Shown: positions 46,741-57,584 of the stretch, in pieces
Numbering within the stretch: position 1 is the stretch's first letter
How the letters are laid out: the number at the start of each line of letters is the position of its first letter
From: Verrucomicrobiota bacterium
GTDB lineage: Bacteria; Verrucomicrobiota; Verrucomicrobiia; Limisphaerales; AAA164-E04
Assembly: GCA_047947115.1 (NCBI GenBank)
Contig: CP170459.1
Span: 3,488,001 to 3,552,000, forward strand
DNA length: 64,000 bases
Reading direction: 5' to 3'
Program-made: the position numbers and the translations under genes
The notes under the pieces: generated by a model
What the model was told of the DNA's origin: nothing
The model's input: only the letters and a program-made list of their open reading frames with translations
Database searches by the model: none

Positions 46741-48885
46741 ATGAGCACTAACATTGAAACGTTCAAATACGACAATCGCATCGTGCGCGCTTTTGCGATC
46801 GCGACGGTGCTTTGGGGCGTGGTGGGGATGAGTGTGGGGCTGCTTGCAGCCCTGCAGTTGTTCATGCCAGCCATGAATCTGGATCTGGCGTTTACGACCT
46901 TTGGTCGCATCCGTCCGCTCCACACCAATGCTGTCATCTTTGCCTTTGTGGGCAACGGGATGTTCATGGGGATCTATTATTCCCTGCAGCGATTGTGCAA
47001 GGCCAGGATGTTCAGCGACAAACTCAGTTGGTTGAATTTCTGGGGATGGAATGCCATCATCGTCGGCGCCGCACTGACCTTGCCGCTGGGGATTACCACC
47101 AGTAAGGAATACGCCGAACTGGAATGGCCCATCGACATCGCCATCGCTCTCATCTGGGTGGTGTTCACCATCAATCTGCTCGGAACCATCATCAAGCGCA
47201 GGGAACGACACATGTATGTGGCCATATGGTTTTACATAGCCACCGCGGTAACGGTTGCCATACTCCATATTTTCAATTCCCTTGAAGTGCCGGTCAGCAT
47301 GACCAAGAGCTACAGTGTTTATGCCGGTGTGCAGGATGCTCTGGTGCAGTGGTGGTACGCGCACAACGCCGTGGCTTTCTTCCTAACGACGCCCTACCTG
47401 GGTTTGATGTATTACTTTCTCCCCAAAGCGGCCAATCGACCGGTGTTTTCCTACCGACTTTCGATTATTCATTTCTGGGCTCTGATCTTTCTCTACATCT
47501 GGGCGGGACCTCATCACCTGTTGTTCACGGCCTTGCCTGATTGGGCGCAGACGCTGGGGATGGTCTTCAGTGTGATGCTGGTGGCTCCTTCCTGGGGTGG
47601 TATGCTGAACGGTCTGCTGACTTTGCGTGGCGCATGGGACAAGGTGCGACAGGATCCCATGTTGAAATTCATGGTGGTTGCGGTGACTGCTTATGGTATG
47701 TCCACGCTTGAAGGACCGTTGTTGTCCATTAAAAGCGTGAACTCATTGTCCCACTACACTGACTGGACCATTGCTCACGTGCATACCGGTGCGTTGGGTT
47801 GGAACGGCTTTTTGACATTCAGCATGCTGTATTGGTTGTTTCCAAAACTTTACAATACCAAACTTTGGTCCACCAAACTGGCCAATTATCATTTCTGGAT
47901 TGGTTTGCTGGGTATCGCACTCTACGTGGTGCCTATGTATTGGGCTGGTTGGACTCAAGGTTTGATGTGGAAAGAATTCACCGAAGAAGGATTTATGGCT
48001 TATCCCAACTTCCTTGAAACGGTGACTCAGTTGATTCCTATGTATCAATTGCGTGCAGTGGGTGGAACCATCTACCTGGTGGGAATGTTCCTGATGGCGT
48101 TCAATCTATACAAGACCGCCAAATCAGGCCAGTTGGAACCCGATACCGAAGCCAAGGCGCCAGCCTTGGACAAGGGAGCGCATGAAGATGAGCCACACCC
48201 CTACAAACATCGTTGGTTGGAATCCAAACCAATCACCATGACCATTCTTGCCGTGATTGCCATTTCTGTGGGCGGTTTGGTTGAAATCGTCCCGATGTAT
48301 CTCATCAAGAGCAATGTGCCCACCATTTCCAGCGTCAAACCTTATACACCGCTGGAGCTGTTGGGACGAGATATCTATATCCGGGAGGGTTGTGTGGGAT
48401 GTCATTCCCAGATGATTCGTCCGTTCCGTTCTGAGACCGAGCGATACGGTGAATACTCCAAGGCGGGTGAATTTGTTTATGATCATCCGTTCTTGTGGGG
48501 ATCAAAACGAACCGGTCCCGATTTGCATCGTGAGGGTGGTAAATATCCCGATGGTTGGCATTATCTGCACATGCAGGATCCCGAGACCACATCGCCCGGA
48601 TCGATCATGCCGAAGTATCCCTGGTTGTACACCCAGGAAATGGAAGTTGACACTTTGGCAGCGCGTATTGGCGCCCTGCGCAAAGTGGGTGTGCCTTACC
48701 CTGAAGGAGCCGAGGACACTGCTCAGCAGGAACTGGAATCCCAGGCTTTGCAGGTTGTTGAAAATCTGAAAAAAGACATGGTTGAAAATCCGGCAACGGA
48801 CAAGGAAATCATCGCCTTGATTGCCTATCTTCAACGACTTGGTCGTGATATCAAGACCGGTGCGGAATCGGAGGTGGCACAATGA
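46741..48885 (+). CDS. ccoN: cbb3-type cytochrome c oxidase fused subunits I/II (CcoN-CcoO)
   Basis: FGRIRPLHTN, QWWYAHN, WAGPHHL, AHVHTGALGW, then the CcoO part GRDIYIREGCVGCHSQMIRP, WGSKRTGPDL. Confidence 0.97.
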   Translation: MSTNIETFKYDNRIVRAFAIATVLWGVVGMSVGLLAALQLFMPAMNLDLAFTTFGRIRPLHTNAVIFAFVGNGMFMGIYYSLQRLCKARMFSDKLSWLNFWGWNAIIVGAALTLPLGITTSKEYAELEWPIDIAIALIWVVFTINLLGTIIKRRERHMYVAIWFYIATAVTVAILHIFNSLEVPVSMTKSYSVYAGVQDALVQWWYAHNAVAFFLTTPYLGLMYYFLPKAANRPVFSYRLSIIHFWALIFLYIWAGPHHLLFTALPDWAQTLGMVFSVMLVAPSWGGMLNGLLTLRGAWDKVRQDPMLKFMVVAVTAYGMSTLEGPLLSIKSVNSLSHYTDWTIAHVHTGALGWNGFLTFSMLYWLFPKLYNTKLWSTKLANYHFWIGLLGIALYVVPMYWAGWTQGLMWKEFTEEGFMAYPNFLETVTQLIPMYQLRAVGGTIYLVGMFLMAFNLYKTAKSGQLEPDTEAKAPALDKGAHEDEPHPYKHRWLESKPITMTILAVIAISVGGLVEIVPMYLIKSNVPTISSVKPYTPLELLGRDIYIREGCVGCHSQMIRPFRSETERYGEYSKAGEFVYDHPFLWGSKRTGPDLHREGGKYPDGWHYLHMQDPETTSPGSIMPKYPWLYTQEMEVDTLAARIGALRKVGVPYPEGAEDTAQQELESQALQVVENLKKDMVENPATDKEIIALIAYLQRLGRDIKTGAESEVAQ

Positions 48886-49076
48886 TCAAGAACGTATTAC
48901 TGGATATTGGAGGTGTCGGCATCTACGGCATTATCGCCCTGTCCATCTTCTTCCTCTTTTTTTCAGGAATGTTGATATGGGTGTTGAACCTCAAGAAAGG
49001 ATATTTGAACCAAGCCGGAAGCATGCCGCTTGAACTGGATTTGAACGAAGAACAAAAGGATACATGCCATGAGTGA
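48882..49076 (+). CDS. ccoQ: cbb3 oxidase small subunit CcoQ-like
   Basis: 64 aa with one TM and MPLE motif; overlaps ccoNO and ccoP. Confidence 0.8.
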   Translation: MIKNVLLDIGGVGIYGIIALSIFFLFFSGMLIWVLNLKKGYLNQAGSMPLELDLNEEQKDTCHE

Positions 49077-49656
49077 AGAAAAAGATCCCTTGTTGATGAG
49101 TCACGAGGCGGACGGCATCAAGGAACTGGACAATAATTTGCCTCGTTGGTGGGTTTGGTTGTTCAACCTCTGTATCGCCTTCAGTATAGTGTATGTGCTG
49201 TATTACCATGTTCTGAACATGGGGATGTCGAGCGCCGAAGCCTATGATGCGGCCATGAAGATCGCCAATGAACAGAAAGCGGCTGCGATAGCCAAGTTTG
49301 AAACAGATATGGCCACGATGGAACCGTCCACAGACCAGGCTGTTTTGAGCGCCGGACAAAAAACGTTCGTCACTTACTGTTCACCTTGTCATGGCATGGA
49401 AGGACAAGGATTGGTGGGATCCAATTTGACGGATGATTATTGGATCCACGGATCGGATTTCAAGGACACCTTGAAGACCATTTCCGAAGGCGTGCCTGCC
49501 AAGGGGATGTTGACGTGGAAGGACCAGATGCGTCCCTCTGAAATCTATGCGGTGGGATGTTACATCTTCACCCTGCGAGGCACGAATCCGCCCAACCCCA
49601 AAGCACCTGAAAACGAAATCACAACACCCGCCATTGACGCGGGAATGTTTGAATAA
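49069..49656 (+). CDS. ccoP: cbb3 oxidase subunit III, monoheme CcoP
   Basis: HEADGIKELDNNLPRWW, single CSPCH, NLTDDYWIHG, GVPAKGM. Confidence 0.92.
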   Translation: MSEEKDPLLMSHEADGIKELDNNLPRWWVWLFNLCIAFSIVYVLYYHVLNMGMSSAEAYDAAMKIANEQKAAAIAKFETDMATMEPSTDQAVLSAGQKTFVTYCSPCHGMEGQGLVGSNLTDDYWIHGSDFKDTLKTISEGVPAKGMLTWKDQMRPSEIYAVGCYIFTLRGTNPPNPKAPENEITTPAIDAGMFE

Positions 49657-49694
49657 CGTTTGCGTTTAACGCGCATTTACTGCGTTTGAAAATC

Positions 49695-49727
49695 AAAGCG
49701 GAATGAGGAAATTCATTCCGCTTTTTT
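49695..49727 (+). terminator. Intrinsic terminator of the cco operon
   Basis: AAAGCGGAATGA-GGAAAT-TCATTCCGCTTTTTT. Confidence 0.88.
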
Positions 49728-49740
49728 AGTTGCCGGCTTG

Positions 49741-49949
49741 TAGTTGATAGTTGATAGTTGATAGTTGTTAGTTGTTAGTTGTTAGTTGTTAGTTGTTAGT
49801 TGTTAGTTGTTAGAGTTTATTCTCTAAAAGCTAAAAGCTAAAAGCTAAAAGCTAAAAGCTAAAAGCTAAAAGCTAACTGCTAAAAGCTAAAAGCTAACTG
49901 CTAACTGCTAACTGCTAACTGCTAACTGCTAACTGCTAACTGCTAACAG
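49741..49949. repeat. Inverted pair of heptamer microsatellites
   Basis: (TAGTTGW)x10 at 49741-49810, centre TAGAG-TTTATT-CTCTA, then 18 units of CTAAAAG/CTAACTG/CTAACAG at 49824-49949. Confidence 0.95.
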
Positions 49950-49974
49950 CCAGCTCCTATTGATTGTTTCGAAG

Positions 49975-50868
49975 TTAGGGCAGCCACTTCCTCAGAGTGG
50001 CCAGGTCGGTTTCCAATGCGTCGGTGTTTGCCTTGAGCCCTGCGTGGTCCAGGTATTCGACATGCAGTGAGATGGGGCCATCGAATGCATGGAGCCGATC
50101 TTTTGTGAAGAAGCCGCTATCCACCCATCCTTTGCCCAGAGGCACATTCTCGACCTTGCCATCTTTCCATAGAAAATCCTTTACATAGACGGCTCCAAGA
50201 TGCGGTTGAATCATGTTCCAGTAAACCGGCCAGCTCATGCCGGCTTCGACCTTGGCATGGCGAATATCGAATCCGACCGCCATCTGATCCACGGGGATTC
50301 CCTCCATCAGGGAACTCAGATCCCAAAGTGTGCTTCCCAGATAACGAGCCCCGGCGTGGTTCTGATAGATGGCCTGCATGCCAAGTTCCTTGTTGAGGTC
50401 GGCCAGGTCCTTTGCCATGGAGCGAAAATCGGCCAGTTGTCTGGAGATCGGTTTGTTGAGGTCATATCGATAATAATTCATCCGATATCGTTTGATACCC
50501 AGCTTTGAGGCCGTCTGGAGGGTCTTGATCGATAAGGGATCGTCGGCCCGATTGATGCCGGAGGCCATGATGGTCATTTCCAGCCCATGTTGTTTCAAAG
50601 CGGCCATCAATTTCGGCAGTTCCTCTTCGACGTGTTCGGGGAGGATTTGGCCACCGGGACGAATGGTTCCCTCGATGCCGTCGAAACCAAGTCGCTTGAT
50701 GCTTGCCGCGAGATCTTCGTGGGATAATTCCTGCAAGAACTTGACGAAGGCGCAGATGGGGTGTGGTTTGGAATCGGCTGCGTTGAGCCAATGATGTTGT
50801 AAGCACGCAGCTGCTCCAGTGACGACAGCGGCCTGGCGTAAAAAATGTCTTCGGTTGCTTGTTTTCAT
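49975..50868 (-). CDS. Tat-exported sugar phosphate isomerase/epimerase (xylose isomerase-like TIM barrel)
   Basis: NRRHFL Tat signal, GFDGIE, YQNHAG, FDIRHA, YVKDF, VPLGKGWVD, SLHVEY. Confidence 0.88.
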   Translation of the reverse strand: MKTSNRRHFLRQAAVVTGAAACLQHHWLNAADSKPHPICAFVKFLQELSHEDLAASIKRLGFDGIEGTIRPGGQILPEHVEEELPKLMAALKQHGLEMTIMASGINRADDPLSIKTLQTASKLGIKRYRMNYYRYDLNKPISRQLADFRSMAKDLADLNKELGMQAIYQNHAGARYLGSTLWDLSSLMEGIPVDQMAVGFDIRHAKVEAGMSWPVYWNMIQPHLGAVYVKDFLWKDGKVENVPLGKGWVDSGFFTKDRLHAFDGPISLHVEYLDHAGLKANTDALETDLATLRKWLP

Positions 50869-51011
50869 GGATGCAAAAGGATGACCTTCAGCCTAACCAC
50901 AAAAAAAGTTTCAACCAAGTCGAATTCCAAATGATATCCATGTGAAAAAAAACTAGCGAGAAGGGGGTGGATCGACGCATGATGAGGGTTCGTTAGGATT
51001 GAAACGAAGCA

Positions 51012-51251
51012 ATGAAGGCCAAAATTATCATCACACCCAAGAAAGCCGTCCTCGACCCCCAGGGCAAGGCCGTGCTCAACGCGTTGGAGCACATGGGTTA
51101 CGAAGGGGTTCAGGATGTCCATGTTGGGCGTTTTCTGGAGTTGGAGCTGGACGGTGATCGTGCCGCTTTGGAGCCGAAAATTGAGGAAGCATGTCACCGC
51201 TTGCTGTCGAATCCGGTCATTGAGGACTATCGGATTGAATGGGAGGATTGA
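51012..51251 (+). CDS. purS: Phosphoribosylformylglycinamidine synthase subunit PurS
   Basis: VLDPQGKAV, LLSNPVIEDY. Confidence 0.96.
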   Translation: MKAKIIITPKKAVLDPQGKAVLNALEHMGYEGVQDVHVGRFLELELDGDRAALEPKIEEACHRLLSNPVIEDYRIEWED

Positions 51252-51313
51252 GTTTTAGGCTTTCTTCAGCCCAAGCCCCCCGGTGAATTCATCGTTTGAC
51301 GATTACGACACAC

Positions 51314-52072
51314 ATGAGCACAACAGCTACAGATACAGCGCCAGCCACCCCTGCTGAAACCGGCCAGGGATCCAAATTCAGCTTCGGAGTCCTTCAGTTT
51401 CCGGGGTCCAACAGTGACCAGGACTGCGTCAACGCCATTGAAGTCCTTGGGCATGAAGCTCACTATGTCTGGCACAAGGATGATCAACTCGGACATTTGG
51501 ATGCCGTTTTGGTGCCCGGCGGGTTTTCCTACGGGGATTACCTGAGGGCAGGGGCGATCGCCCGCTTCAGCCCGGTGATGCAGTCGCTTGCCGAATTTGC
51601 GAACAATGGAGGTTGGGTGCTTGGCATTTGCAATGGATTCCAGATTTTGTGCGAGGCGGGCCTGTTGCCCGGGGCTTTGATTCGCAATCGCTCACTCCAG
51701 TTTCGTTCCGAATTCGTTCATCTTGCGACGGTGAATCATGGCACACCGTTCACACGGGCGATTCCTGAAGGTGCCCTGATGCGGGTACCCGTTGCCCATG
51801 GCGAGGGTTGTTATTTTGCCGATGAAACGACTCTCTCCGAAATGGAAGCCAACGGACAGATCCTCTGGCAGTATGCAACCGCCGATGGCAAGGTGGAGGA
51901 TCATGCCAACCCGAATGGTTCCGTGCGCCACATAGCGGGGATTTGCAATGCCAACAAGAACGTGGCCGCCCTGATGCCGCATCCCGAACGTGCCTGTCAG
52001 GGGTTGATTGGCAGTGACGATGGTCAGTGGATTTTCCGCAGTCTGATCGAGCATATGTCCGCCAAAGCTTGA
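51314..52072 (+). CDS. purQ: Phosphoribosylformylglycinamidine synthase subunit PurQ
   Basis: FPGSN, PGGFSYGDYLRAGA, GICNGFQIL, AHGEG, MPHPER. Confidence 0.96.
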   Translation: MSTTATDTAPATPAETGQGSKFSFGVLQFPGSNSDQDCVNAIEVLGHEAHYVWHKDDQLGHLDAVLVPGGFSYGDYLRAGAIARFSPVMQSLAEFANNGGWVLGICNGFQILCEAGLLPGALIRNRSLQFRSEFVHLATVNHGTPFTRAIPEGALMRVPVAHGEGCYFADETTLSEMEANGQILWQYATADGKVEDHANPNGSVRHIAGICNANKNVAALMPHPERACQGLIGSDDGQWIFRSLIEHMSAKA

Positions 52073-52123
52073 ACCAACACCAAAACCGATTTTTACGATT
52101 TACCACAAGGATATCCAAACACC

Positions 52124-54442
52124 ATGTCCGAACCGAAGATCACTCCCGAATTGATCCGTCAGCACAACCTCACCGATGAGGAATACCAGCTCATTCTTGA
52201 GCAAATTGGCCGTGAACCCAACATGACCGAGCTGGGCATTTTCTCGGTCATGTGGAGCGAACATTGTTCGTATAAAAACACGCGACCGCTGTTGAAAGGC
52301 TTTCCCACGCGTACCCCCAAAGTGCTGGTGCCTGCTGGTGAGGAAAATGCCGGGATCATCGATATTGGGGACGGGCTTGCAGTGGCCTTCAAGATCGAAT
52401 CCCACAACCATCCCAGTGCCGTGGAACCATTTCAGGGCGCCACAACAGGGGTGGGGGGCATCATTCGCGACATTTTTACCATGGGAGCCCGCCCAATATG
52501 CGCGGTGAATTCACTGCGTTTCGGCAAACTTGATTCCGCCGAAGTGCGACGCCTGTTCCGAGGTGTCGTGGCCGGTATCGGGCATTATGGAAATTGTTTC
52601 GGCATTCCAACCGTTGCCGGAGAGGTTTATTTCGACGAGTGTTACGAGGGCAATCCACTGGTGAATGCCTTTTGTCTGGGAGTGTTACGACACGAACAGA
52701 TTGCACGTGGTGCGGCCAAAGGGGTGGGGAATCCTGTTTTTTACGTCGGTCCGGCCACAGGACGCGATGGCTTGGCGGGGGCGGCGTTTGCTTCACAGGA
52801 CTTGACCGAAGAATCGGCCGAACAGCAGCGCGGAGCAGTGCAGGTGGGAGATCCCTTCATGGAAAAACTCTGCATGGAGGCTTGTCTGGAGTTGCTGGCT
52901 ACCGGCGCCGTGGCGGGCATTCAGGACATGGGGGCCGCAGGCCTGACGTGTTCAACCTGTGAAACCGCTGCTCGCGGCGGCACGGGTATTGAAATTGAGT
53001 TGGATAAAGTCCCTCAACGTGGACCGGGGATGTCGCCCTATGAGATCATGTTGAGCGAATCCCAGGAACGCATGTTGATTATTGTCCACAAGGGACGCGA
53101 GGACGAGGTCAAACGTATCTTCGACAAATGGGATTTGCCTTGGGCCGAGATCGGGCATGTCACCGACACGGGGCAAATGGTGGTGAAGCATCACGGCGAA
53201 ATCGTGGCGGACCTGCCCGCGGCAAAACTCGCGGATGAGGCTCCCATTTATCATCGTGAAGCGGCTGAACCGGCTTATCTCAAGGAAACCCGCGCGTTTG
53301 ATCTGAATTCGATTCCCGATACCGAGGATCCGGTGACGGACCTGAATGCCTTGATGGCCTGGCCGACCATTGCCTCCAAAAACTGGGTTTATCGCCAATA
53401 CGATTACACGGTGAGAAACGGCACCATTGTTCATCCGGGTTCGGACGCCGCCGTTGTCCGCGTCAAAGCGGACTCTCTTCCTCTGTTGCCTGACGACGCT
53501 CCGAACAGGAACGAACCCGTTTCCGAAAAATACCTGGCGATGAGTGTGGATGGCAACGGAGCCTACGTTTATCTCGATCCTTACGAAGGCGGAAAGATCG
53601 CTGTGGCCGAGGCAGCCCGTAATCTGGCTTGTTCCGGTGCGGTTCCACTCGGAACGACGGACAATCTGAATTTTGGCAATCCGCACAATCCGGAACTGTT
53701 CTGGCAGTTGAAGGAAGCTGTGCGCGGCCTGGCCGATGCCTGCAGTCACTTTGAAGCTCCCGTTACCGGTGGAAACGTGAGTCTATACAATCAAAATCCC
53801 AAAGGCGCCATTGATCCAACTCCAACGGTTGCCATGGTGGGCCTGATTGAAGATCCGGCGCACATCACCACTCAGTGGTTCAAAAATGAAGGTGATTTGA
53901 TCTTGTTGCTGGGAGACCCTGTGGATAAGGGTGATGTGTTTCAGGGGCTGGGTGGTTCGGCTTACCTCAAGGTCAAACACCAGTTGAAAAAGGGGCTCCC
54001 GCCTCGCTGTGATTTGAGCAAGGAAAAGAGTCTACACGACGCGTTGCGCGGTTGGATTGCCCAAGGTGTGGTGCATAGCGCGCACGATTGCAGTGAGGGA
54101 GGACTGGCGGTTGCTCTCGCAGAATCCTGTATCTCCCGTGAAAAGGCACGCCATACTTCCGAACTCATCGGTGCGGATATTCACCTCAAAGAAATAACGG
54201 GGAGCAGGTTGGATGCACTGCTGTTCGGGGAAATTCAGGGGCGAATCGTAATTTCCATTTCTCCTGTTTATCTGGGAAAAGTGTTGGGGCAAGCCGAAAT
54301 ATTGGGTGTGCCTGTCGAACAAATCGGAACGGTGGGTGGTCAGCGATTGTCCATCAAGGTGGGAGAACGTTCTTTTGAGTGGGGGTTGGAATCGCTCCAC
54401 GACTCGTGGTTTAACACCATCGATCGCATGATGCAGGATTGA
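52124..54442 (+). CDS. purL: Phosphoribosylformylglycinamidine synthase subunit PurL
   Basis: [49 protein letters not shown]. Confidence 0.97.
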   Translation: MSEPKITPELIRQHNLTDEEYQLILEQIGREPNMTELGIFSVMWSEHCSYKNTRPLLKGFPTRTPKVLVPAGEENAGIIDIGDGLAVAFKIESHNHPSAVEPFQGATTGVGGIIRDIFTMGARPICAVNSLRFGKLDSAEVRRLFRGVVAGIGHYGNCFGIPTVAGEVYFDECYEGNPLVNAFCLGVLRHEQIARGAAKGVGNPVFYVGPATGRDGLAGAAFASQDLTEESAEQQRGAVQVGDPFMEKLCMEACLELLATGAVAGIQDMGAAGLTCSTCETAARGGTGIEIELDKVPQRGPGMSPYEIMLSESQERMLIIVHKGREDEVKRIFDKWDLPWAEIGHVTDTGQMVVKHHGEIVADLPAAKLADEAPIYHREAAEPAYLKETRAFDLNSIPDTEDPVTDLNALMAWPTIASKNWVYRQYDYTVRNGTIVHPGSDAAVVRVKADSLPLLPDDAPNRNEPVSEKYLAMSVDGNGAYVYLDPYEGGKIAVAEAARNLACSGAVPLGTTDNLNFGNPHNPELFWQLKEAVRGLADACSHFEAPVTGGNVSLYNQNPKGAIDPTPTVAMVGLIEDPAHITTQWFKNEGDLILLLGDPVDKGDVFQGLGGSAYLKVKHQLKKGLPPRCDLSKEKSLHDALRGWIAQGVVHSAHDCSEGGLAVALAESCISREKARHTSELIGADIHLKEITGSRLDALLFGEIQGRIVISISPVYLGKVLGQAEILGVPVEQIGTVGGQRLSIKVGERSFEWGLESLHDSWFNTIDRMMQD

Positions 54443-54443
54443 T

Positions 54444-54525
54444 AAAAAAAAGCGGGTCTTGGTGTACACACGGTTATTTTTAACACCAAAACCCGCTGTC
54501 TCCGCACTCGCGAAGACACCCATCT
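54444..54525 (-). ncRNA. Candidate small RNA or structured 3' end (two hairpins + U tract)
   Basis: Minus strand: GUCUUCGC-GAGU-GCGGAGAC hairpin, then a 15-bp stem with loop UAAAAAUAACCGUGUGU, then a U run. Both stems rely on G-U pairs that form only on the minus strand; an AT-rich region lies upstream. Confidence 0.4.
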
Positions 54526-54770
54526 TTTAGCTACTTTCGCGCCATTATCAAAGGCAAAATTGAATTTTTTTGCTGTTTTTCATTAGCTGGACTTTACGAT
54601 AGTTTGGGCTGAGGTGGTTGTTTTATTGTAACTAATTGTTGTAAAATAACTTGAGAATACGTTGTTTTCTTTGATGTTCTTTTTGCTGGAGTCTCTTTAT
54701 TAAAATATTGCTTTGAGTGCCACGAAGCTGTATCGATAAAGAAGTTGGGTTTTTGCGGTTTAGTAAGGCT

Positions 54771-57584
54771 TCAATGCGCTTCCAACCAGTTGGCACCGGT
54801 TCCAATTTCGACCTCGATGGGGACTTCCAATGGCAGCGCATCAATCATCCGTTTTCTGACCAGGGGTTCCACTTCCAGCCTTTCCGTTTCCTTCAAGTCG
54901 AATATCAATTCGTCATGGACCTGCAGCACCAGCTTGGTTTCGAGGTTTTTTGTATTCAGTTCATTCCAAATCGCGGACATCGCCAGCTTGATCATGTCTG
55001 CGGCCGTGCCTTGGATCGGAGTGTTGATTGCATTGCGCTCTGCCATGCCTCGGATAGTGCCGTTTCTGGAATTCACATCGGGCAGGTAACGGCGTCTACC
55101 TGTCAATGTTTCCACATATCCCTTTGAACGAGCAGATTCGAGTGTTTCATCCATGTAACCCTTGATGGCCGGGAAACTGTCAAAATAGTGGTCGATGATT
55201 TCAGATGCTTCTTTTCTGGGGATGCCCAATCGTTGGGAAAGACCGAACGCCGAAATGCCATACATAACCCCGAAATTCACGGTTTTGGCACGGCGTCGCA
55301 TGTCGTTGGTGACGTCCTGAAGCCCAACTTTGTAGACATGGGCAGCAGTCGCGGCATGAATGTCTTCACCCGCTTCAAATGCGGCTTTCATGGCGGGATC
55401 ACCACTGATGGAGGCCATGATCCGAAGTTCGATCTGGGAATAATCCGCCGAGAGCAAGGTATAACCTTCCCCGCGAGCCACGAATGCCCTTCTGATTTCC
55501 TGTCCGAGTTCTCTTCGGATGGGGATGTTTTGCAGATTGGGGTTCTGCGAGTTCAGACGTCCAGTAGCGGTGGCTGTCTGGTGGAAGGTGGTATGAATGC
55601 GACCAGTCTTGTCAAAGATGCTTTGGGGCAACGCTTCGGCGTAGGTGCTTCGCAGTTTGGTGACGGTGCGGTATTTCAGGATTTTCTGGATGATTTCATG
55701 TTCGCCGGCCAGGGTTTGCAGGACGGTTTCGTTGGTGGCGTATTGACCGGTTTTGGTTTTTTTGGGCTTGTCCACGAGCTTGAGTCTGCCAAAAAGGATG
55801 TCTCCAAGCTGCTTTGGGGAAGCGATGTTGAAGGTCTCTCCGGCCATGCTGTGAATCTGCTTTTCCAGACCCAAGGATTGCTCGAGCAATTGGGCTGAAA
55901 ACTTGACCATCGAATCGGGATCCAATCGGATGCCTTCATATTCCATCGCAGTAAGCACCGGGACCAGGGGCATTTCCACTTCGTAAAAGACTCGCTGTTG
56001 ACCTTGTTTTTCCACCTCCGGCTTGAGTTTTCGGAAAAGCTGCCAGGTGATGTCCGCATCTTCGGCTGCATATTCGGCCAGTTTGTTCATGGGGACATCT
56101 TTCATGGATTTTTGATCTTTTCCTTTGGGACCGATCAATGACTCGATGGAAACAGGGGTGTAGCCCAGGTAAGCCTCGGCGAGAAAATCCATCCCGTGTT
56201 TCTGATCCGCCCGCACCAGGCTGTGGAGTATCATGGTATCGATGAGGGGGCCTCGGATTTCGTATCCATGCCATCTCAACACACTTAGATCGTATTTGAG
56301 ATTATGTCCTACTTTTCCTATGTGGGCGTTTTCAAATAGAGGCGATAGTTTTGCCCGAATGGTTTCCGATGGCAGGCTTCCTTCACCAACGGTTGGCAGA
56401 TAACAGGCTTTGCCTTCTTCACAGCTGAATGAAAAACCAAGCAATTCCACAATTTTTGGATCCAGACCGGTGGTCTCGGTGTCCAGACAAAACCATTCCT
56501 GTGCGCTCAGCTTTTGAATCCAGGCATCCAGCGCTTCTTCGGTTTGAACGCACTCGTATTGGTGAGGCACTTCGGCGAGTGTTTTCAGGTTGGCTCCTTC
56601 GGCCTGGTTCGGTTCAGCTACATTTTCAGCAGTGGAAGCAGCCGAGAAGTCCAGTTCGAATTGATTTCCTTCAGCCTTTGATTCGGTTGCGAATCCGCGT
56701 CCGGCTTTGAAGGAGTCGCCGAACAGGCGTTTCCCGAGGGCATTGAATTCCAGTTCAACGATCAAGGGCTTCAGGAGATCTTCGTTGGGGGCGGTGATGG
56801 CGAGGTCTGTTTCATTCCAATCGATGGGGACTTGCAGGTCGATGGTGGCCAGTTTTTTCGACAGCAGAGCCTGATCCTTGTTGGCTGCCAGTTTCTCGCC
56901 CATCTTGCCTTTGACTGATGAAGTGTTCTCCAGCAGGGATTCGATGGAATGATGTTCGCTGATGAGCTTTTTGGCCGTTTTTTCTCCCACTCCGGGTACT
57001 CCGGGGATATTGTCTGAAGCATCGCCCCAGAGTCCCAGGATGTCGATGACTTGTTCGGGACGTTCCACTTCCCAGCGTTTGCAGGTTTCCTCCACACCTT
57101 CAATCTCGGGCGCACCGCCTTTGCGTCCGGGCTTGAACAGAAAAGTGTGTTCGGTGACGAGTTGGGAGAAATCTTTGTCCGGTGTCACCATATAGGTGGT
57201 GAATCCTTCTTTCTCCGCTTTACGCGCAAGAGTGCCGATGATGTCGTCCGCTTCGTATCCATCCAGCTTGAGCAACGGGATGTTCATTGCTTCGCAGAGT
57301 CGGTGAATCAGCGGGATGGCTGCAGCCAGATCCTCCGGCATGGCTTCACGTTGGGCTTTGTATTCAGGGTAAATGCGGTGTCGTTCAGTGGGTTCAGGGG
57401 TATCCAAAGCCACAGCCAAGTGGGTGGGTTGTCGGTTCTCTTTCAGATCCAACAACACATTCAGGAAGCCATAGACCGCAGATGTGTTGAGTCCCTTCGA
57501 GGTCCGTATCGGATTCGATATGAACGCAAAATGCGCCCGATACAGCAACGCCATCCCGTCCAACAAAAACAAAGTCTTATCCAT
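54771..57584 (-). CDS. polA: DNA polymerase I
   Basis: LLDGMALLYRAHFA, YEADDIIGT, GDASDNIPGVPGVGEKTA, 3'-5' exonuclease DTETT, NPNLQNIP, ADYSQIELR, AKTVNFGVMYG, QVHDEL. Confidence 0.98.
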   Translation of the reverse strand: MDKTLFLLDGMALLYRAHFAFISNPIRTSKGLNTSAVYGFLNVLLDLKENRQPTHLAVALDTPEPTERHRIYPEYKAQREAMPEDLAAAIPLIHRLCEAMNIPLLKLDGYEADDIIGTLARKAEKEGFTTYMVTPDKDFSQLVTEHTFLFKPGRKGGAPEIEGVEETCKRWEVERPEQVIDILGLWGDASDNIPGVPGVGEKTAKKLISEHHSIESLLENTSSVKGKMGEKLAANKDQALLSKKLATIDLQVPIDWNETDLAITAPNEDLLKPLIVELEFNALGKRLFGDSFKAGRGFATESKAEGNQFELDFSAASTAENVAEPNQAEGANLKTLAEVPHQYECVQTEEALDAWIQKLSAQEWFCLDTETTGLDPKIVELLGFSFSCEEGKACYLPTVGEGSLPSETIRAKLSPLFENAHIGKVGHNLKYDLSVLRWHGYEIRGPLIDTMILHSLVRADQKHGMDFLAEAYLGYTPVSIESLIGPKGKDQKSMKDVPMNKLAEYAAEDADITWQLFRKLKPEVEKQGQQRVFYEVEMPLVPVLTAMEYEGIRLDPDSMVKFSAQLLEQSLGLEKQIHSMAGETFNIASPKQLGDILFGRLKLVDKPKKTKTGQYATNETVLQTLAGEHEIIQKILKYRTVTKLRSTYAEALPQSIFDKTGRIHTTFHQTATATGRLNSQNPNLQNIPIRRELGQEIRRAFVARGEGYTLLSADYSQIELRIMASISGDPAMKAAFEAGEDIHAATAAHVYKVGLQDVTNDMRRRAKTVNFGVMYGISAFGLSQRLGIPRKEASEIIDHYFDSFPAIKGYMDETLESARSKGYVETLTGRRRYLPDVNSRNGTIRGMAERNAINTPIQGTAADMIKLAMSAIWNELNTKNLETKLVLQVHDELIFDLKETERLEVEPLVRKRMIDALPLEVPIEVEIGTGANWLEAH

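Noticed and set aside
51395..51425. PurQ FPGSNSD instead of the common FPGSNCD as a sign of inactivation
   Set aside because: The catalytic GICNG cysteine and the HPE motif are intact.
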